DNA of 63,274 bases, counting the filler, from Rhabdomonas costata (lineage: Eukaryota): NCBI GenBank assembly GCA_019059605.1. It is 45 parts of 45 records of this genome, joined end to end, with 100 filler letters (N's around TTAATTAATTAA, not from the genome) between each part and the next. Parts side by side here need not be neighbours in the genome. Positions count along the whole stretch, not along the records: positions 1 to 1,310 come from JAHMHO010019822.1; positions 1,411 to 2,720 come from JAHMHO010019823.1; positions 2,821 to 4,120 come from JAHMHO010019824.1; positions 4,221 to 5,529 come from JAHMHO010019825.1; positions 5,630 to 6,938 come from JAHMHO010019826.1; positions 7,039 to 8,347 come from JAHMHO010019827.1; positions 8,448 to 9,756 come from JAHMHO010019828.1; positions 9,857 to 11,165 come from JAHMHO010019829.1; 37 more parts are not named here. One strand, written 5' to 3'. This document shows, one piece after another, positions 1-12,674 of this stretch (position 1 is the stretch's first letter; every line of letters begins with the position of its first letter). The notes under the pieces were generated by a model, which saw only the letters and a list, made by a program, of their open reading frames with translations, did no database searches and was not told the origin of the DNA. Position numbers and translations under genes: made by a program.

Positions 1-126
1 GTTTGTGGGGAACCCCAGAACATTCCCAGAACATTCTGATCAACCTCATTTTTACTGGAAAAGGAACCCTCATCAGGTTGACGGAAAATCAATGTCTCAA
101 TTCGGATGCAGGGTAGAGTCGCACAC

Positions 127-1115
127 CTCCTCGTACAAACTCTCGAGGATCCCCTCATCCACAGTGTGCAGGTCCCACACGTCAAAGGAGGAGAAGGGCC
201 TCGCCCGAACGAAGCTACCACCGCCCTCCACAGAGGGAAACAGCTGCAGCCAAGTGTCATCCCCGAGCAACACAGCGGCCTTGTGGTGGGCGGTGAGCTG
301 GGCCACCACGCTGTCGGCCTGCACGGCGTCCGTGGCGAAATTGCGGCCGGCCTCGATGAAGGCAGGGATGCCCCCCGTGGTGAGGGCTTTCAGGCGCTGG
401 CTGGTGGTGGTGGGTGGGTCCGCTCGGAAAACAAATAGCCCAGAGGAGCCACTGGGCTGCGGCGAAAGCGTGGTGCCCATGCAAAGGGATTAGCGGCTCA
501 TAGAAATGATGACAGGATTAATTTGAAGCATGCGACAATTAAATTATACCAATCCGAGGTTTTCACAACCACATCAACGGAAGTCACGAATGCTCACAGC
601 CAGGGGGTGAGCTGACAGAGAGAAGACATGGAATGGAATGGATGTGAAAGAAACCCGACAAAAACAAGAAAAACAAATGATTTTTATCTGTCTACACTTG
701 CGGTCTGATTTGGTGCCGGCTTTTTAATTCCCTGGCGAAAGATTTTGTGCGCCACAGCGAGAAAGCAACTGGGCTCAACGTTCAACTCGGAGTATACAAA
801 AAGAAGCAAGGGTGGGAGTATTGCCTGAGCTCTGGTGAAGAAGGGCATCCGCGCCACAGCAAAGTCGATCCGAAGCGCGTCAATCACGACCAGAATCACC
901 TTGGACGGGGGCCTGGGCAAAATATCACAGGGGTTTTTCCCCAGCGGGCGCTGCGGTGGCGGAACTTCCTGGACGCGGACGCCGCAGGGAGAAGACTGGT
1001 CCAGGACTTCCACCCGAGCCACGAGGAACCCCAGAGCGAACGCGGCCACCCCGAGAAGGTGCACCAGGCCCAGCCCAAGCACTCCCACCACCCCAGCCAT
1101 AACATGCCGCGGCAT
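127..1115 (-). CDS. PIGO: GPI ethanolamine-phosphate transferase (PIG-O/GPI13 family), 5' two exons (about 1115 or 1100 to 825; 456-127)
   Basis: N-terminal TM followed by GFL, KVILVVIDALRIDF, then FRADPPTTTSQRLKALTTG, GDDTW and SFDVWDLHTVDEG. Exons join in phase 0 through a CAG|GC...CAG intron (824-457); GT donor at 126. Confidence 0.93.
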
Positions 1116-1310
1116 TTCTACGATGCTTTGGTTGGAGACTGATTTCACCCCAGACATACTCGCGCAGCAAGAAGCCATCACTCACACAAAAACAATTGCA
1201 GGCACATTTTGTGTGCCTGCTCTGAAGAGAGGAAATTGGGCTGCCAGTGGGAGGTTCCGGAAAACCCTTCCGCTTTTAAGCCGATCTCTCAAGACCTTGA
1301 GCACGCACAA

Positions 1311-1410
1311 NNNNNNNNNNNNNNNNNNNNNNNNNNNNNNNNNNNNNNNNNNNNTTAATTAATTAANNNNNNNNNNNNNNNNNNNNNNNNNNNNNNNNNN
1401 NNNNNNNNNN
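1311..1410. other. Artificial contig spacer (44 N + TTAATTAATTAA + 44 N); first of 44 such spacers
   Basis: The same 100-nt spacer recurs about every 1.41 kb, and TTAATTAATTAA gives stops in all six frames. Confidence 0.99.
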
Positions 1411-2720
1411 GGTGTTTGTGAGTTCAAAGGATGATGCTATCACCTGTTATCTTTGGAAAGTAGATGCCATGGGGAAGCATCCATGGGCAGAGGAGCCAGC
1501 CACAGTCCACACCTTGCGAGCTTGCCCCGGTGGTGAAGGGCGGGCATCTCCGCGGCACGCAGAACGGTCTCCCAAGTGTGCAATACTCAGGACCCACCAC
1601 CTCCACCAACCCACCGGGAGACTACAGACCAAACCCTCGCAAATGCATCCTGGCCACTCCTTTAGCCGCAGCACCAGAGAGGCGACGCCACAGTTGCTTG
1701 GAAATAAGGAACAGGCCGACTCCAAGGCGCCCCAAGACACGCTGTTTCGCTCCAGAGTTATGGCAGGCTACTGCCGTGAGCAACCAGTGGTGTTTGGACC
1801 AGGCGCGCGCCGCCTCGGAGGTGCGATTGGCCGACTCACCTCGAGCCGCCGCCGTGCCTGGGGTGCCTCCGCAAAAGAGCAAAAGAGGTTGGGTGCAGGG
1901 GATGCACCACAGACACGTCGACAACACGGGGAGCGGAGTCGCATTCCTGAAACCAGTCAGGACCTTCGAGGCGAGTTTACAAAGTCAAAGAATGGTTGTA
2001 CTCCGGGTTGCCAGCTGACCATGCCCTTTTTGCTCCTGAATTTCCGGAATGCTTTTAATAGCATTGACTGGACGGCCGTGCTGCGGGCAGTTGCCCTATG
2101 CCAAAAAATGGAGCGTCCCCACACCGCTCAACACCACATGGGATGATTGAATCACGATGTGACAACCAGCAAGGGGATGCTTGTGGTCCTCTGTTGTTCG
2201 CTGTTACGGTTCAAAGTTTGGCCCTCGTGGCGGCGGCTGTGCAGGGATTTTCTTGGGCTGCTTGGGACGATGGCACCCAGGCGGGGTCTGTTGATTCCCT
2301 CGCCAAGGCCTTGGAAAGGTTGGAACCAGCAGCTGCGGCAATCGGGCTGAAACTCAACAGAGAGAAGTGCAAGTTGTGGGTGGAGCTCGCGGAGAGCGGA
2401 GTCTGCTTCTGGCCCCAACATTCCACAATCCCGCTTAAGAAGGACCTTTGAGGCCTTGCTCAGAGCACCCTCCCGAATGGCTCGCAGGACCGCGCGACAT
2501 GTTGGACGTGTCGGGGAGGCCACAATCCTCCTCGACAGCAGGTTTGCGTCTGGGCCGTTTCTTGCGCTGGCGAGTTGTTTCCAGCTTGACCTCCCGTAAG
2601 AGTTCCAGCCGCTGACCTGTGATCCACAACCGAAGCTACTGCAGCACACACAGATCGGCTTGGAATGTCACCCACCAATTCCATAGTCTCCACAGAAATA
2701 ATCGAATCAACGCACACACA
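1411..2720 (+). mobile_element. Decayed non-LTR retrotransposon, CRE/SLACS-like reverse transcriptase remnant with an inverted segment
   Basis: Plus strand has LLLNFRNAFNSID, a frameshift, then QQGDACGPLLFAV, W--DDG (YL lost) and IGLKLNREKC. Minus strand about 2380-2560 has RAIREGALSKASKVL...LRELHP, the usual pre-RT segment of such elements. Confidence 0.85.
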
Positions 2721-3317
2721 NNNNNNNNNNNNNNNNNNNNNNNNNNNNNNNNNNNNNNNNNNNNTTAATTAATTAANNNNNNNNNNNNNNNNNNNNNNNN
2801 NNNNNNNNNNNNNNNNNNNNGGGGTTGTGTGGGGTGCGTGTGGCTGTGTGAAGGCGTCCAGGTGGGTAGTTTGGATAGTTGCTTTTTGTTTGGGTAGTTC
2901 GGGTACTTATTTCCCGTGGAGCAAAGTGGAGAAGCGGTTTTGGCTATACTGGCACGCAGCGGCGTGTCCGCCTCCAATGTGTCCAATGCCATTGCTATTT
3001 GTCACACCTTGGCTGAGTTTTATCCCTCCGGTTGTCATCTGTACGCATCGGATTCAAATGAAAATTCATGTGAAATCAAGCGCCGGAGGTCTCCGTTGCC
3101 AATAGGTATTTATTGGCTTTATATCCGATGATCCTTTTCTCTCTGCTGGCGCGGAGCCCCCCCCACCGGCCGGCATTGGAGCTCTCGAGGCCATTGCCAC
3201 AAGAAAAATTTTGCAGCGTCACCTCGGCTCCACTTGAAGTTGCGTTTGCTGGGGCACTCAGTTTAATTCAGTGCTTTCATTGGAACGTACCAACCTTTCC
3301 CTCAGTTGGCGCGTCAG

Positions 3318-3762
3318 AGCATATTGCCCTCCGTGCGGTGGAGCGCAGCGGATTTGGAGGCCCATCCAGTGGTGCGAGAGGTGACCCGGGCAGAGCCCCG
3401 GGACTTGCCTCCTCGCCGCACCCCACTGGCGCGCCTGTCCTGCACAGGCAAGGGCCCCATCCCCGAGCCCCTGCACTCGGTTGAGGTCTCTGTGTAGAAG
3501 GGGGAAGCCTCATTTGCTTCAGCTCCTGCGTTGCTGTTAGATTCTTTTTGCCTGTCATGACCATTCACGGAAGTAGGAAGTTTCCCGCTCAAGAACTGTT
3601 CCTGTACTGTATGGGTGTGGGGTTTCTCGCAGGAGCTTGGGTTCCCGGACGCCGTGATGGGGTACATGCGGTTGTTGGGGGTGAGCGCTCCCCTGCCTAT
3701 CCAAGCCCAGTGCTGGGCCGTGCTCCTGGCCGGGCGGGACTGCGTCGGGGTGGCCCCTACAG
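3318..3762 (+). CDS. DEAD-box RNA helicase fragment (exons about 3318-3485 and 3633-3762)
   Basis: PIPEPLHSVE|ELGFP...PLPIQAQCW (Q motif) and LAGRDCVGVAPTG (start of motif I). GT-AG intron 3486-3632; next donor is GC at 3763. Confidence 0.88.
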
Positions 3763-4351
3763 GCTCCCCTCCTCCCCCTCCTCGGAATCCAGGCAGTTTA
3801 TCGGGGACAATGGCAAAGCCTACCTAAACCCCTTACAAAAAGCCATTTCAAGAGTTCTGGCATATTTTACGTGACCGCTCTAAGATAATTTTAGTTAATT
3901 TAGTTTAGTTTTTTATAGTTAATTTAGCAAAAGTTTTAAGCCACTTTGTTGGAACCCCCCCCCCCCAACTTCCATTGGGAACTCGTTGCGCCACTCCATA
4001 CTCAGCCGGCCGAAAATGACAATTGTCCATGGGGGGGCATACCTTTAGCAGTGTACCTACCTTAATAGGGGATTGGGGGAATCGCTCCCTAACCCTGTCA
4101 GAGGCACAATAAGCTGAATTNNNNNNNNNNNNNNNNNNNNNNNNNNNNNNNNNNNNNNNNNNNNTTAATTAATTAANNNNNNNNNNNNNNNNNNNNNNNN
4201 NNNNNNNNNNNNNNNNNNNNGAAGCACGCGGATGGGGGAGGGCTGTTGTTGGCTGTGAACTGCTGCGGTGTGGGGTGGCGTGCAGGTAATGACAATTCCA
4301 AAGTTCGAAAACGGCACACTTTCCTCCCTTCCTCGTGAACTGTTTTGGTAC

Positions 4352-5132
4352 CAGTTGGCGGGATTTCAGCGAAAGGAGTGGTGCCAGCAGGGCTATGTTC
4401 TCAGTGATTACGCAACGCATGATGAACAAACGCATGACGACGAATGACATCGCAAACCCGTCTGTTGTCCTGAACGCGGCACACAGCTTCCAAATTCAAC
4501 AGTGGCATCCCCTTCCCCAAAGTCCATCTCTCACACAAAAAAATAAGGGGTGGGGTTGGGGGTACAGGGCAAGGCCAAGGCACCAGCTTGTGGATTTTAT
4601 CACCGTACAGCGTCTGCAGAGAGGAGCACTGTGCGATTTGGCTGAGCGGGAGCCTCGGGATCCACTTCGCTCGACGGCGGTTGGTAATCTCCTTCGCCTA
4701 AATTCGTATGAGAGGCGCGGGCAGGGGAATAAACGTTAATCCCTCATATGCGCAGAAAAGAGTGACAAGCAGCGAAGAAAAAGATTACTTGACAAGCTGG
4801 ACGCGGTATCAGGTAAAAAGTCTTCAATATTGTTTCACTTTGAGGACGAAATCCTGAGCGTGGGCAACACGAGCACAGGAAACCACAAAAGTGTGCAGGA
4901 GGGGAGGGGGCGAGCTCTCTCAAACCGTTCGCGGCTAAATCGCTACGATAAGATTGAGGAAAATGAGGCTGTTCGATGAAGCTTGCAGCGCATTTTCTTA
5001 ACAAAACATGATTTTGGGGAATACCCTTTCCCATATTATAAAAAGAATTAAGCAGAAGGTGATGGTGAAAGGGACCTGAAGAAAAAGCATGACGTTGGTG
5101 AGCATGAAGTCCATCAGGTCAGACTTCGCAAG
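4352..5132 (-). CDS. Hypothetical protein, three phase-0 exons (5132-5076, 4697-4584, 4486-4352)
   Basis: AG/GT-bounded exons of 57, 114 and 135 nt splice into one open frame (LAKSDLMDFMLTNVMLFLQ|AKEITN...|LCAAF...). No family recognised. Confidence 0.55.
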
Positions 5133-7345
5133 CTGTGAGCAAATGAAGGGAGAGGGGACCTTATGGCCTGTTACTCACCATGACAGCGGGTTTTCAAACC
5201 TACCAAATCACAATCTTTGGAGCCAAGTGGGGTGAGGTGCCGCGCACACGGCCAAAAACAAGGAACACAACCATGTGCTGAATAATACAAACTTAATTCG
5301 AAATATATCGGCCCGGACATTTTTATTTCATATGAACAAACCTATGTTTTTATTTGGGCAGTGACAAAAGCAAACACTTTCCCTTCGTGCAAAATTATGA
5401 GCGACTTTCCGTACCGGTGCATTGTGGTATGCTGGCTGTGTACTGGACTTGCGTGTCTGAATTCGTGAGGTTTCTGAAGTCCTTCACGTTCCATCAAACT
5501 ACATATTGTACATGATCGCATGGTATGAANNNNNNNNNNNNNNNNNNNNNNNNNNNNNNNNNNNNNNNNNNNNTTAATTAATTAANNNNNNNNNNNNNNN
5601 NNNNNNNNNNNNNNNNNNNNNNNNNNNNNGTTTTTGGGTGCACCCACACGTGCATCTCATGGCTAGCTACAGCCTGCTGATCGCAGAAGTCTGCAATCAA
5701 TGTCCATGAATCTACACGCATTACGTGATCTGGCATTGTCCCAGACACCATTGAACACAGACAAAGACAATGTTTCCGAGGTGGAGAGAGCCCAACCACC
5801 GATTAACAAAACAACATTACGATGGCAGGTAGTCGCCAATCAGAGGGTCCAAGTGCTCGCTGTCCCTCAGAACAGCAGAGCCCCTTCTGTTCGAGCTTAC
5901 AGTTGTGCTGCCGCTCTGAGAGCTTAGCCGATCACCCTCCCCATTAGAGGACACTCCACAGGGGAAGGAAACCTGTTGACGCGCTAAAGAGTGGGTAGAC
6001 CCTGGAGAGAGCTTGTCCCAGGAGACGCTGCGCCGTGCACCTCAATCTTCTGTCTTCCTTGTAATGGCCCTCCTTTACGGAGTCTGCGTGCCGTTTTTAT
6101 GCACTTTTATTACCACCCGAGACTTGGACAGGACGTTGTGATGCTTAATGTCGGTATTGTGTTGCGAACGATGTTCCTAAGAGCGAACCTTTTGGGATCC
6201 GTGTGGGAGTCTTCAGGAAAGGGTGCTCTTGAGTTTCTTTGCTGTTGCGTATTTACCAGTGCGTTTCGATGTGAAGTCGTGTTTGTCCAGTTTTGTGTTT
6301 ATCTGTTTCCAGTTGGCGGAAAGTTGTTGTATCTTGATCATTCAAAGCGCGGGGGGTCTGCCTTTCGTGCTTTTGCAAACATTGCGGGGCGCGGAGCGTG
6401 TGTTGAGCTGAAAAGCTTTTTTCGGGGCTGTTGTCGCCTTTAGGGTTGTGGCTGTGCTGTGTCATTAATTGCGCAAATCGCGCTGCCCAAGGTCGTGGGT
6501 TGGGTCGTGAATTATGCAATTTCGGGACATCTCCGAAGTAACCACCCAGAAAAGCACAAGTGCTCACTGATGGCGACGACCGGGACCGGGGATCAATTAT
6601 GCCGAGTCATTTTTGCCATTGCTATTTATGCAGGTACGTATAGAAGCACGCACCTCGTGCATTTTTTGCACTCACAAACATACGTAAAAAGACATTCTTG
6701 GGCAGGGAGGTCGAGGTCTGTCTGATAAACAGCTGAAATTCGATTCGCTGTTCTGGAGTAAGGGGAGGGGGGCACGCAGTAGTTCCGAAGTCCATGGAAA
6801 CATTTCAAGGCGAGGGGCCACAAGCCTGCGGAAACGTTTCCATTGCCCCAGAGAAAGACTCTGTACTTTTTTTTTTCGTTCGTCTCCCACCTGCTTCGGG
6901 TTTCCCCGATGCACCGTGCATTTGGTCTGCCACCCAACNNNNNNNNNNNNNNNNNNNNNNNNNNNNNNNNNNNNNNNNNNNNTTAATTAATTAANNNNNN
7001 NNNNNNNNNNNNNNNNNNNNNNNNNNNNNNNNNNNNNNGGTGTGGGGGGTGGGATGGTGATTTGAAAATTTGAGCGGCAGGTTTTCTTTTTCTCGGACAG
7101 CATTTCACTCTGTCCAAGAAAAAGAAGTGCAGCAATGTTACCGGGCAACCAAACCTGCAGGGTGAAGGAAACGTTTGTGCCTTTTTGTCTTTGTCGCGTT
7201 CGAGCCTGTGCTGCCGTCGAACCGTCATTTTTCAAGTCCGGGTTGCTGAACTCCCTGATTCTGGTTTTGGTTGAGGATTTGGGGGAAACCGGCGGCGATA
7301 TTCACGGAGCCCCTCCACCCTCGCGCACCGGTGTGCTCTCGACAG

Positions 7346-7899
7346 CAATACAACGACCGCCTGGACGACCTCGAGGCGGAGTTTGGGCAGGAGCTTGAGC
7401 GCCTGCGGAGGTCCGATCTGGCCGCCAAGGCCGAGGTGCAGCGCAGTTTGGCCAGGGCCCTGGCCAGGGACGAGGAGGAGGCTCTGGTCGTCTCCCAGGA
7501 CGTGGTACCAATCACACACACACACACACACACAGCCGCCGCACAAGGAGAATGCTAATCTGGACACCGGTAACCGACGCGCCGCACTGTGTGGGTGCCT
7601 GTGTTGAATCCTCCGCTGCGCGGAGCAAGAAGCAGCGCAGAATTAGCGACGAATGTTCTTCCAAGGGGCATCAATACCAGCCGAGCTTGATCCTGCTTTG
7701 GCTCAGTCATCTTTGTTTGGAATTGAGGTTAGTTTTGCCCCTTTGCCATGAAGTGCAATTTTTTCATGCTTGGGTGTCGCAGAACCCGGAGGAGGTTGAG
7801 CAGGCGTGGCTCGTCCGGAAGTCCGAGCTGGACCAGGAGTTTACCGAGAAGGAGACCCGAATCATGCAGACCTACTCCGGGAAGATCCAGCAGCTCCAG
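7346..7899 (+). CDS. Coiled-coil protein fragment (exons 7346-7504 and 7783-7899)
   Basis: GC3-rich, E/Q/R/L-rich exons in phase 0; the second ends CAG|GC. Confidence 0.7.
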
Positions 7900-8447
7900 G
7901 CACCTTTCTCTTTTCCGCTCTTCCCTGTATAGTCTCAACTTCCCTGTGTATATATGTCGCCGTACGCGTTTAACAATTGATGAGTATAGTAATTTATTGA
8001 TTGACTAAAGGCATTTTGCCACCCACCCACCCGCCTCTCTCAGGAAGAACTACAGGGATCCCGGGGTCTGCCTGCTCCAGGCTCAACTTTGTTGTTGACC
8101 TTGGAGGGGGGGAAGGCCTGCACCTCTTTTTGTTTGTTGGACAGTCTTGTTATTTTATGTTGGAAACGTTTAGCTGTCTTCCTGGGTCTCATCACGCCTC
8201 ATCCGTCATGCAATGGTCTGAGAAGAACTTCTATGCAAACTTCATTTCCAGAAGGATGCTGTGGATCCCAATGTACCTTCCCGAGATTGCGATCTGCTAT
8301 TTGGCGTGATGAGACCCAGGAAGACAGCTAAACGTTTCCAACACAAANNNNNNNNNNNNNNNNNNNNNNNNNNNNNNNNNNNNNNNNNNNNTTAATTAAT
8401 TAANNNNNNNNNNNNNNNNNNNNNNNNNNNNNNNNNNNNNNNNNNNN

Positions 8448-9756
8448 GGTGGGACCACGACGAGGTGCCGTCGTGGTCCAGCCCTAGCGTCAGTTGAATC
8501 ACCTGTGGAGTTAGAGAGAGTGAGAGCGACAGAAGCAAAAAGAAGATGCTGGGATTATAAAAACAATACAGAGCTTTCCATGTGAGCGACTGAATATTCA
8601 ATCGCACTACTAAAAGGCCCCTCTCCACTCCTCGCAGGATTGCGAGAAACAGCTGACAACAGCACCGGGACATACCAAATGCGCTACAAAACATACGCCC
8701 ACCTGCTTCGCGGCCTCGCCCGAAGTCATCCGCTTGAACGACACCACCCTCGCCAGAAATGGTCGCACATCGCTGTACCGCTCCAAAATCGCCTCCCGGT
8801 ATGCCGCACCCGCGCTCAGCTCCGTGCGGGCATTCTGGGGAGTTTTCGAGGGCTCCTCCGACGGGGGGCAGCTTACCGAGCGCTCTTCCTTCGTGGACGC
8901 AGCGGCGGACACCGACACGGGGGGCAGCATGGGCCGCGGCCCTTGCATGGCGGAGAGGATCGTGGAAGGGGCGGGATCGGCATCATTGGAGACTGTGGTT
9001 GTAGGATGAGACCCATTCGATCCCTGTGAAGAAAGTGAAAAGTGTGCAGAACATCAGATAATCAGTTGAGGACCAAGACCTGCGGGTATTGCTTGAATAG
9101 AAGATAGAATGTCGCACTGTTGGTGTCAGCATGGCTATCATCAGCACCCCCACAGAGTTATTGATGACCGCCGAACATTCAAAGAGGGAAAGACGGGAAT
9201 CGAATGAGCAAAATATCAGCCGTTGGTATTTCGCTTAATGTAAACCTTGTAAAGCCTTCAAAACTTTCTGCTTCGGGGAGTCAATCGGTGAAAAGAAGCA
9301 AGTTAGCACTGCAGGAGAAAGGCAGCTCGAGTACCGTGGGAGGGCAGCTGAGGCAGGCCTTCTTCCGCGGGGGCTCCCCTTGCCCAGCGAAAAGCCCTGG
9401 CACTTTCAGATCGCTCTCGCATAGAGGGGCTGTTGGCAGGGAAGGCGGTGTGCAAGGTGTCAAACCAAAGGGGGGGCTGAGCAGAGACTTCGTGCTCAGC
9501 AAAGAGAACATTACCGAGGGAGGGGAAAGAGGCCCCCTGCGAATCGCGAGAGCGGACTGATGTCTGTGCAAGTCACTGGAGATGACTGTGGAAGGTGAGG
9601 AACTCGAACCAAAACTGGGTAACGTATTGCAGAATATGGAAGGAAGGGAAAACTGTGGTGCCGGATGAGCGTTGGGCTTGATTGCAGCCAGCCCCGCGGA
9701 GAAGAACCGTTCCTTCCACGGTTCCACCACTAAACTCAGCCCGATAGCGTCATCAC
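8448..9756 (-). CDS. MTRR: Methionine synthase reductase-like diflavin reductase fragment (flavodoxin end, linker, start of FAD domain)
   Basis: DDAIGLSLVVEPW at the contig end matches the end of the MTRR flavodoxin domain. Exon 9023-8703 (PFLARVVSFKRMTSGEAAKQ) splices to 8502 (VIQLTLGL). Middle exons are uncertain. Confidence 0.8.
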
Positions 9757-10290
9757 NNNNNNNNNNNNNNNNNNNNNNNNNNNNNNNNNNNNNNNNNNNN
9801 TTAATTAATTAANNNNNNNNNNNNNNNNNNNNNNNNNNNNNNNNNNNNNNNNNNNNCCGGCGGGCTGCCGTGTGCAGGCCCGCGATGTGCGGTGGTGGCG
9901 ATGGTGGTGCGGCACAGGCGAGGGTCTCGAAGAGCGCGGCGTGGAGGCTGCAGTTCCAGCAGAGCAGCGGGCTGACCTCAGATGGCCGGGTGCTGGTTAT
10001 GGCTAGCTGCTTCCGAGGGTGCGCAAATACAAATTTCTCTGGGGGTTCAATGAGAGGCTGCCCATGGTGGAGTCTATGCTCACTCCGGGGGACATTCAAT
10101 CTCAATGTCTCCTCTGCGGTCTCTGCCAGAGTCTGTTGGTTTTCGATAGGAGGGTCCGCTGTTTGTCATCCGCGCAATCACCTCGGTGATGGCGTTTGTG
10201 GATTATGGACATTGTGCGTCAGTTCCCCTCCCCCGAAAAAAACACAATTATCCTTCCTCTTCTCCCTCACTCTCTGTTTCCTCTCTTCAG

Positions 10291-10796
10291 TTTAGTTCTG
10301 GAAGACACCATTGTAGGGACCTGGCGAGGCCGCGAGGGGGAATACCACAGCTGCGGGGCAATCTACCTCACTCTGCAGGACGAATGGTGTGTGACCTTTC
10401 ACCTCTCAGTATGTATCTCTCGCTTCTCTCACCCTGCCCCCACATGCCGTGCATGCCATTCCCAACCAATACCCAACTGTTCAGATGCATTGCCTACGTT
10501 GAGCCTGCATATGCGGCTAGCACGTTCAGTTTTACACCCCTTCCACAACAATGCCTTGGGGAAAAGGATTCTTCAGATGTATACACCCCACCCCACATGA
10601 TCAGTGAGAAATCAGCAGCTCGCTAGTGGGTTCAGTGCATACACACCCTAGCACTGTTGTCCCACTGTGTGTGCCCTGGGGCTCAAATAGGTCCGACCTG
10701 GATCCTCCGAAGCTGCAGGGCGGAGCGGTATACCAGGGATACCTCGTGCACCCGGACTACGAGGAGGACTGGGACGGGCAATGCTTTGACTGGAAG
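10291..10796 (+). CDS. Hypothetical protein exons (about 10291-10386 and 10691-10796)
   Basis: A GT-AG intron joins TG|G in frame (...LTLQDEWSDLDPPKLQGG...FDWK); GC3-rich codons. Confidence 0.6.
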
Positions 10797-11265
10797 GTCG
10801 CCCGTCCTCACCACACCACTGCGGGAGTCTTCCTCCGCCCGCACACATATTGTCGGGGCTGCGGGTTCAGATAGCAAACAACAAAAACAAAATAACAAAA
10901 GTAAAATATCTGCAGTTCGAAAATCTCTGTCAGGGAGGAGAGAGGTGACGAAAACACTGAAGAGGCAGAAGAGGCACAGCACGACGGGAAGAGAGCTTGA
11001 CATACACACTCCTGGGATTGGTATTGGGGGTGAGGCAAAGAAGACACAAATGTGGACGAGTGACGTTGATCACCGTTTATCCGCCTTCTTTTAAAATGAC
11101 ATCTTCGGGAGGGGTTGTCGCATTTTGTTCAAGAGGGTTTTGTCACAACTGCGACAACCCCCCACNNNNNNNNNNNNNNNNNNNNNNNNNNNNNNNNNNN
11201 NNNNNNNNNTTAATTAATTAANNNNNNNNNNNNNNNNNNNNNNNNNNNNNNNNNNNNNNNNNNNN

Positions 11266-11883
11266 CGTGCTGTGTGGGCTGCTGGGCGCGCTCTTCAACT
11301 TTGTGGTGCTGTCCTGCGCCCGGCTGCGGGCGCGGTACATTGTGCCCAGCACGTGGAGGATGCTGGCCGAGCCCCTGGTGCTGGCCCTGGCCTTCACCGT
11401 TTCCTCCTATGTGCTGGCCTGCAGCTTCCCCTGCGTGGGCTTCCACAAGCATGTGGGCGGGCACTGCGCTGCACTCGCGGCGCCTTTTGCCCTTCGCTAT
11501 TTGAAATGCTTCAAGTGAAAGTGGATCCCCGAGAAAATATCCTTGATCTTCATTCTCCGAAGAACTTTTGCGGCGTTGGGCATTTCTTCGGACCATACTC
11601 CGGAAACCCGCCTCTGCTTTTCTTTGTTGAAATTACCTACTGTCGTATTCTTTCCTCCTTCTCTTTCTTTTGGCGCTGCATTTTTCAATCTCCCATTCCC
11701 GTGGGCTGCTTTCCGTTTTGTTCTCTAAACGGGGATAATGACAGTATTGTGTCTTTGGGTGAGCTTTTTTTACTTGGGGGCTGACCAGGCACGAACCTCC
11801 ACGGCCTGACGCCTCCTCCGTGGTGGGCTGCGCGAACCCCACGCACACTTACAACCCGATGGCCATGCTCGCCTTTAACAAGG
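11266..11883 (+). CDS. CLC-family chloride channel/antiporter fragment (exons 11266-11438, 11516-11579, 11789-11883)
   Basis: CGLLGALFNF...EPLVLALAF...FPC and C...YNPMAMLAFN resemble CLC-6/7/d helices. The frame is kept using two GC-AG introns; the middle exon is inferred. Confidence 0.82.
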
Positions 11884-12674
11884 GTGTGCTTCCAGTCTTC
11901 CTCCGCCGCCCTGCCCCCACCTCGTTATGCTGTGGGATAGATACCCGGTGTCCCGTTTGAAATGTCCCAATATGATTTTTTTTTGAATAAAACGTTGTTC
12001 AAATTTGGGACCCGAGGGTAGGGTATGTCATTTTTGTACAGCTTGAGTTGGGGGCCTGCGTTCCGCAGGGCTTCTCTAATTTTCCCGATACAACCTCAAA
12101 GACAAAACCCAAACCGAAAACCGAACTGCTTATCCTGCAACGTGACATTCCTGCGTGTTCACTCTGCAGGATTGATACCCTGACGAAGCTTTGCTGTTTT
12201 CCTGCTTTTTCTTGGGTGGTGGGAAATCCGTCTAAGAAAAAGGAAACCAGTCTCTCAATTTGGACACCTAGTGTGGTACGGCAGAGAGCGTATGCGTTGT
12301 GAACGCCTTTGAGGAGGGCATCTGGAGGGCGTGCTGTCTTCTCACTGACACGTTCGGACCTCCATTCTGCTGTATGTGCTTCCTGCTCCTGCTATGGTGC
12401 TGGCTGCTTAAATTCAGCATTCAGACACAGCGGGCTGCCGTGGCGATTGCCTTCTGACTAATGTTGCTTCACTCGTCCACCCGAATTCCAGCGACAGGCT
12501 TGTCCTTGTCCTTAATCAATTTTGAGATGCTGACCAAGGAAGCACTGATGCGGTTTACGCAACTCCCCAACAACNNNNNNNNNNNNNNNNNNNNNNNNNN
12601 NNNNNNNNNNNNNNNNNNTTAATTAATTAANNNNNNNNNNNNNNNNNNNNNNNNNNNNNNNNNNNNNNNNNNNN

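Noticed and set aside
1355-1366. TTAATTAATTAA recurring every 1.4 kb as a biological repeat or CRISPR-like array
   Set aside because: It is embedded in N runs each time and is an artificial six-frame-stop linker.
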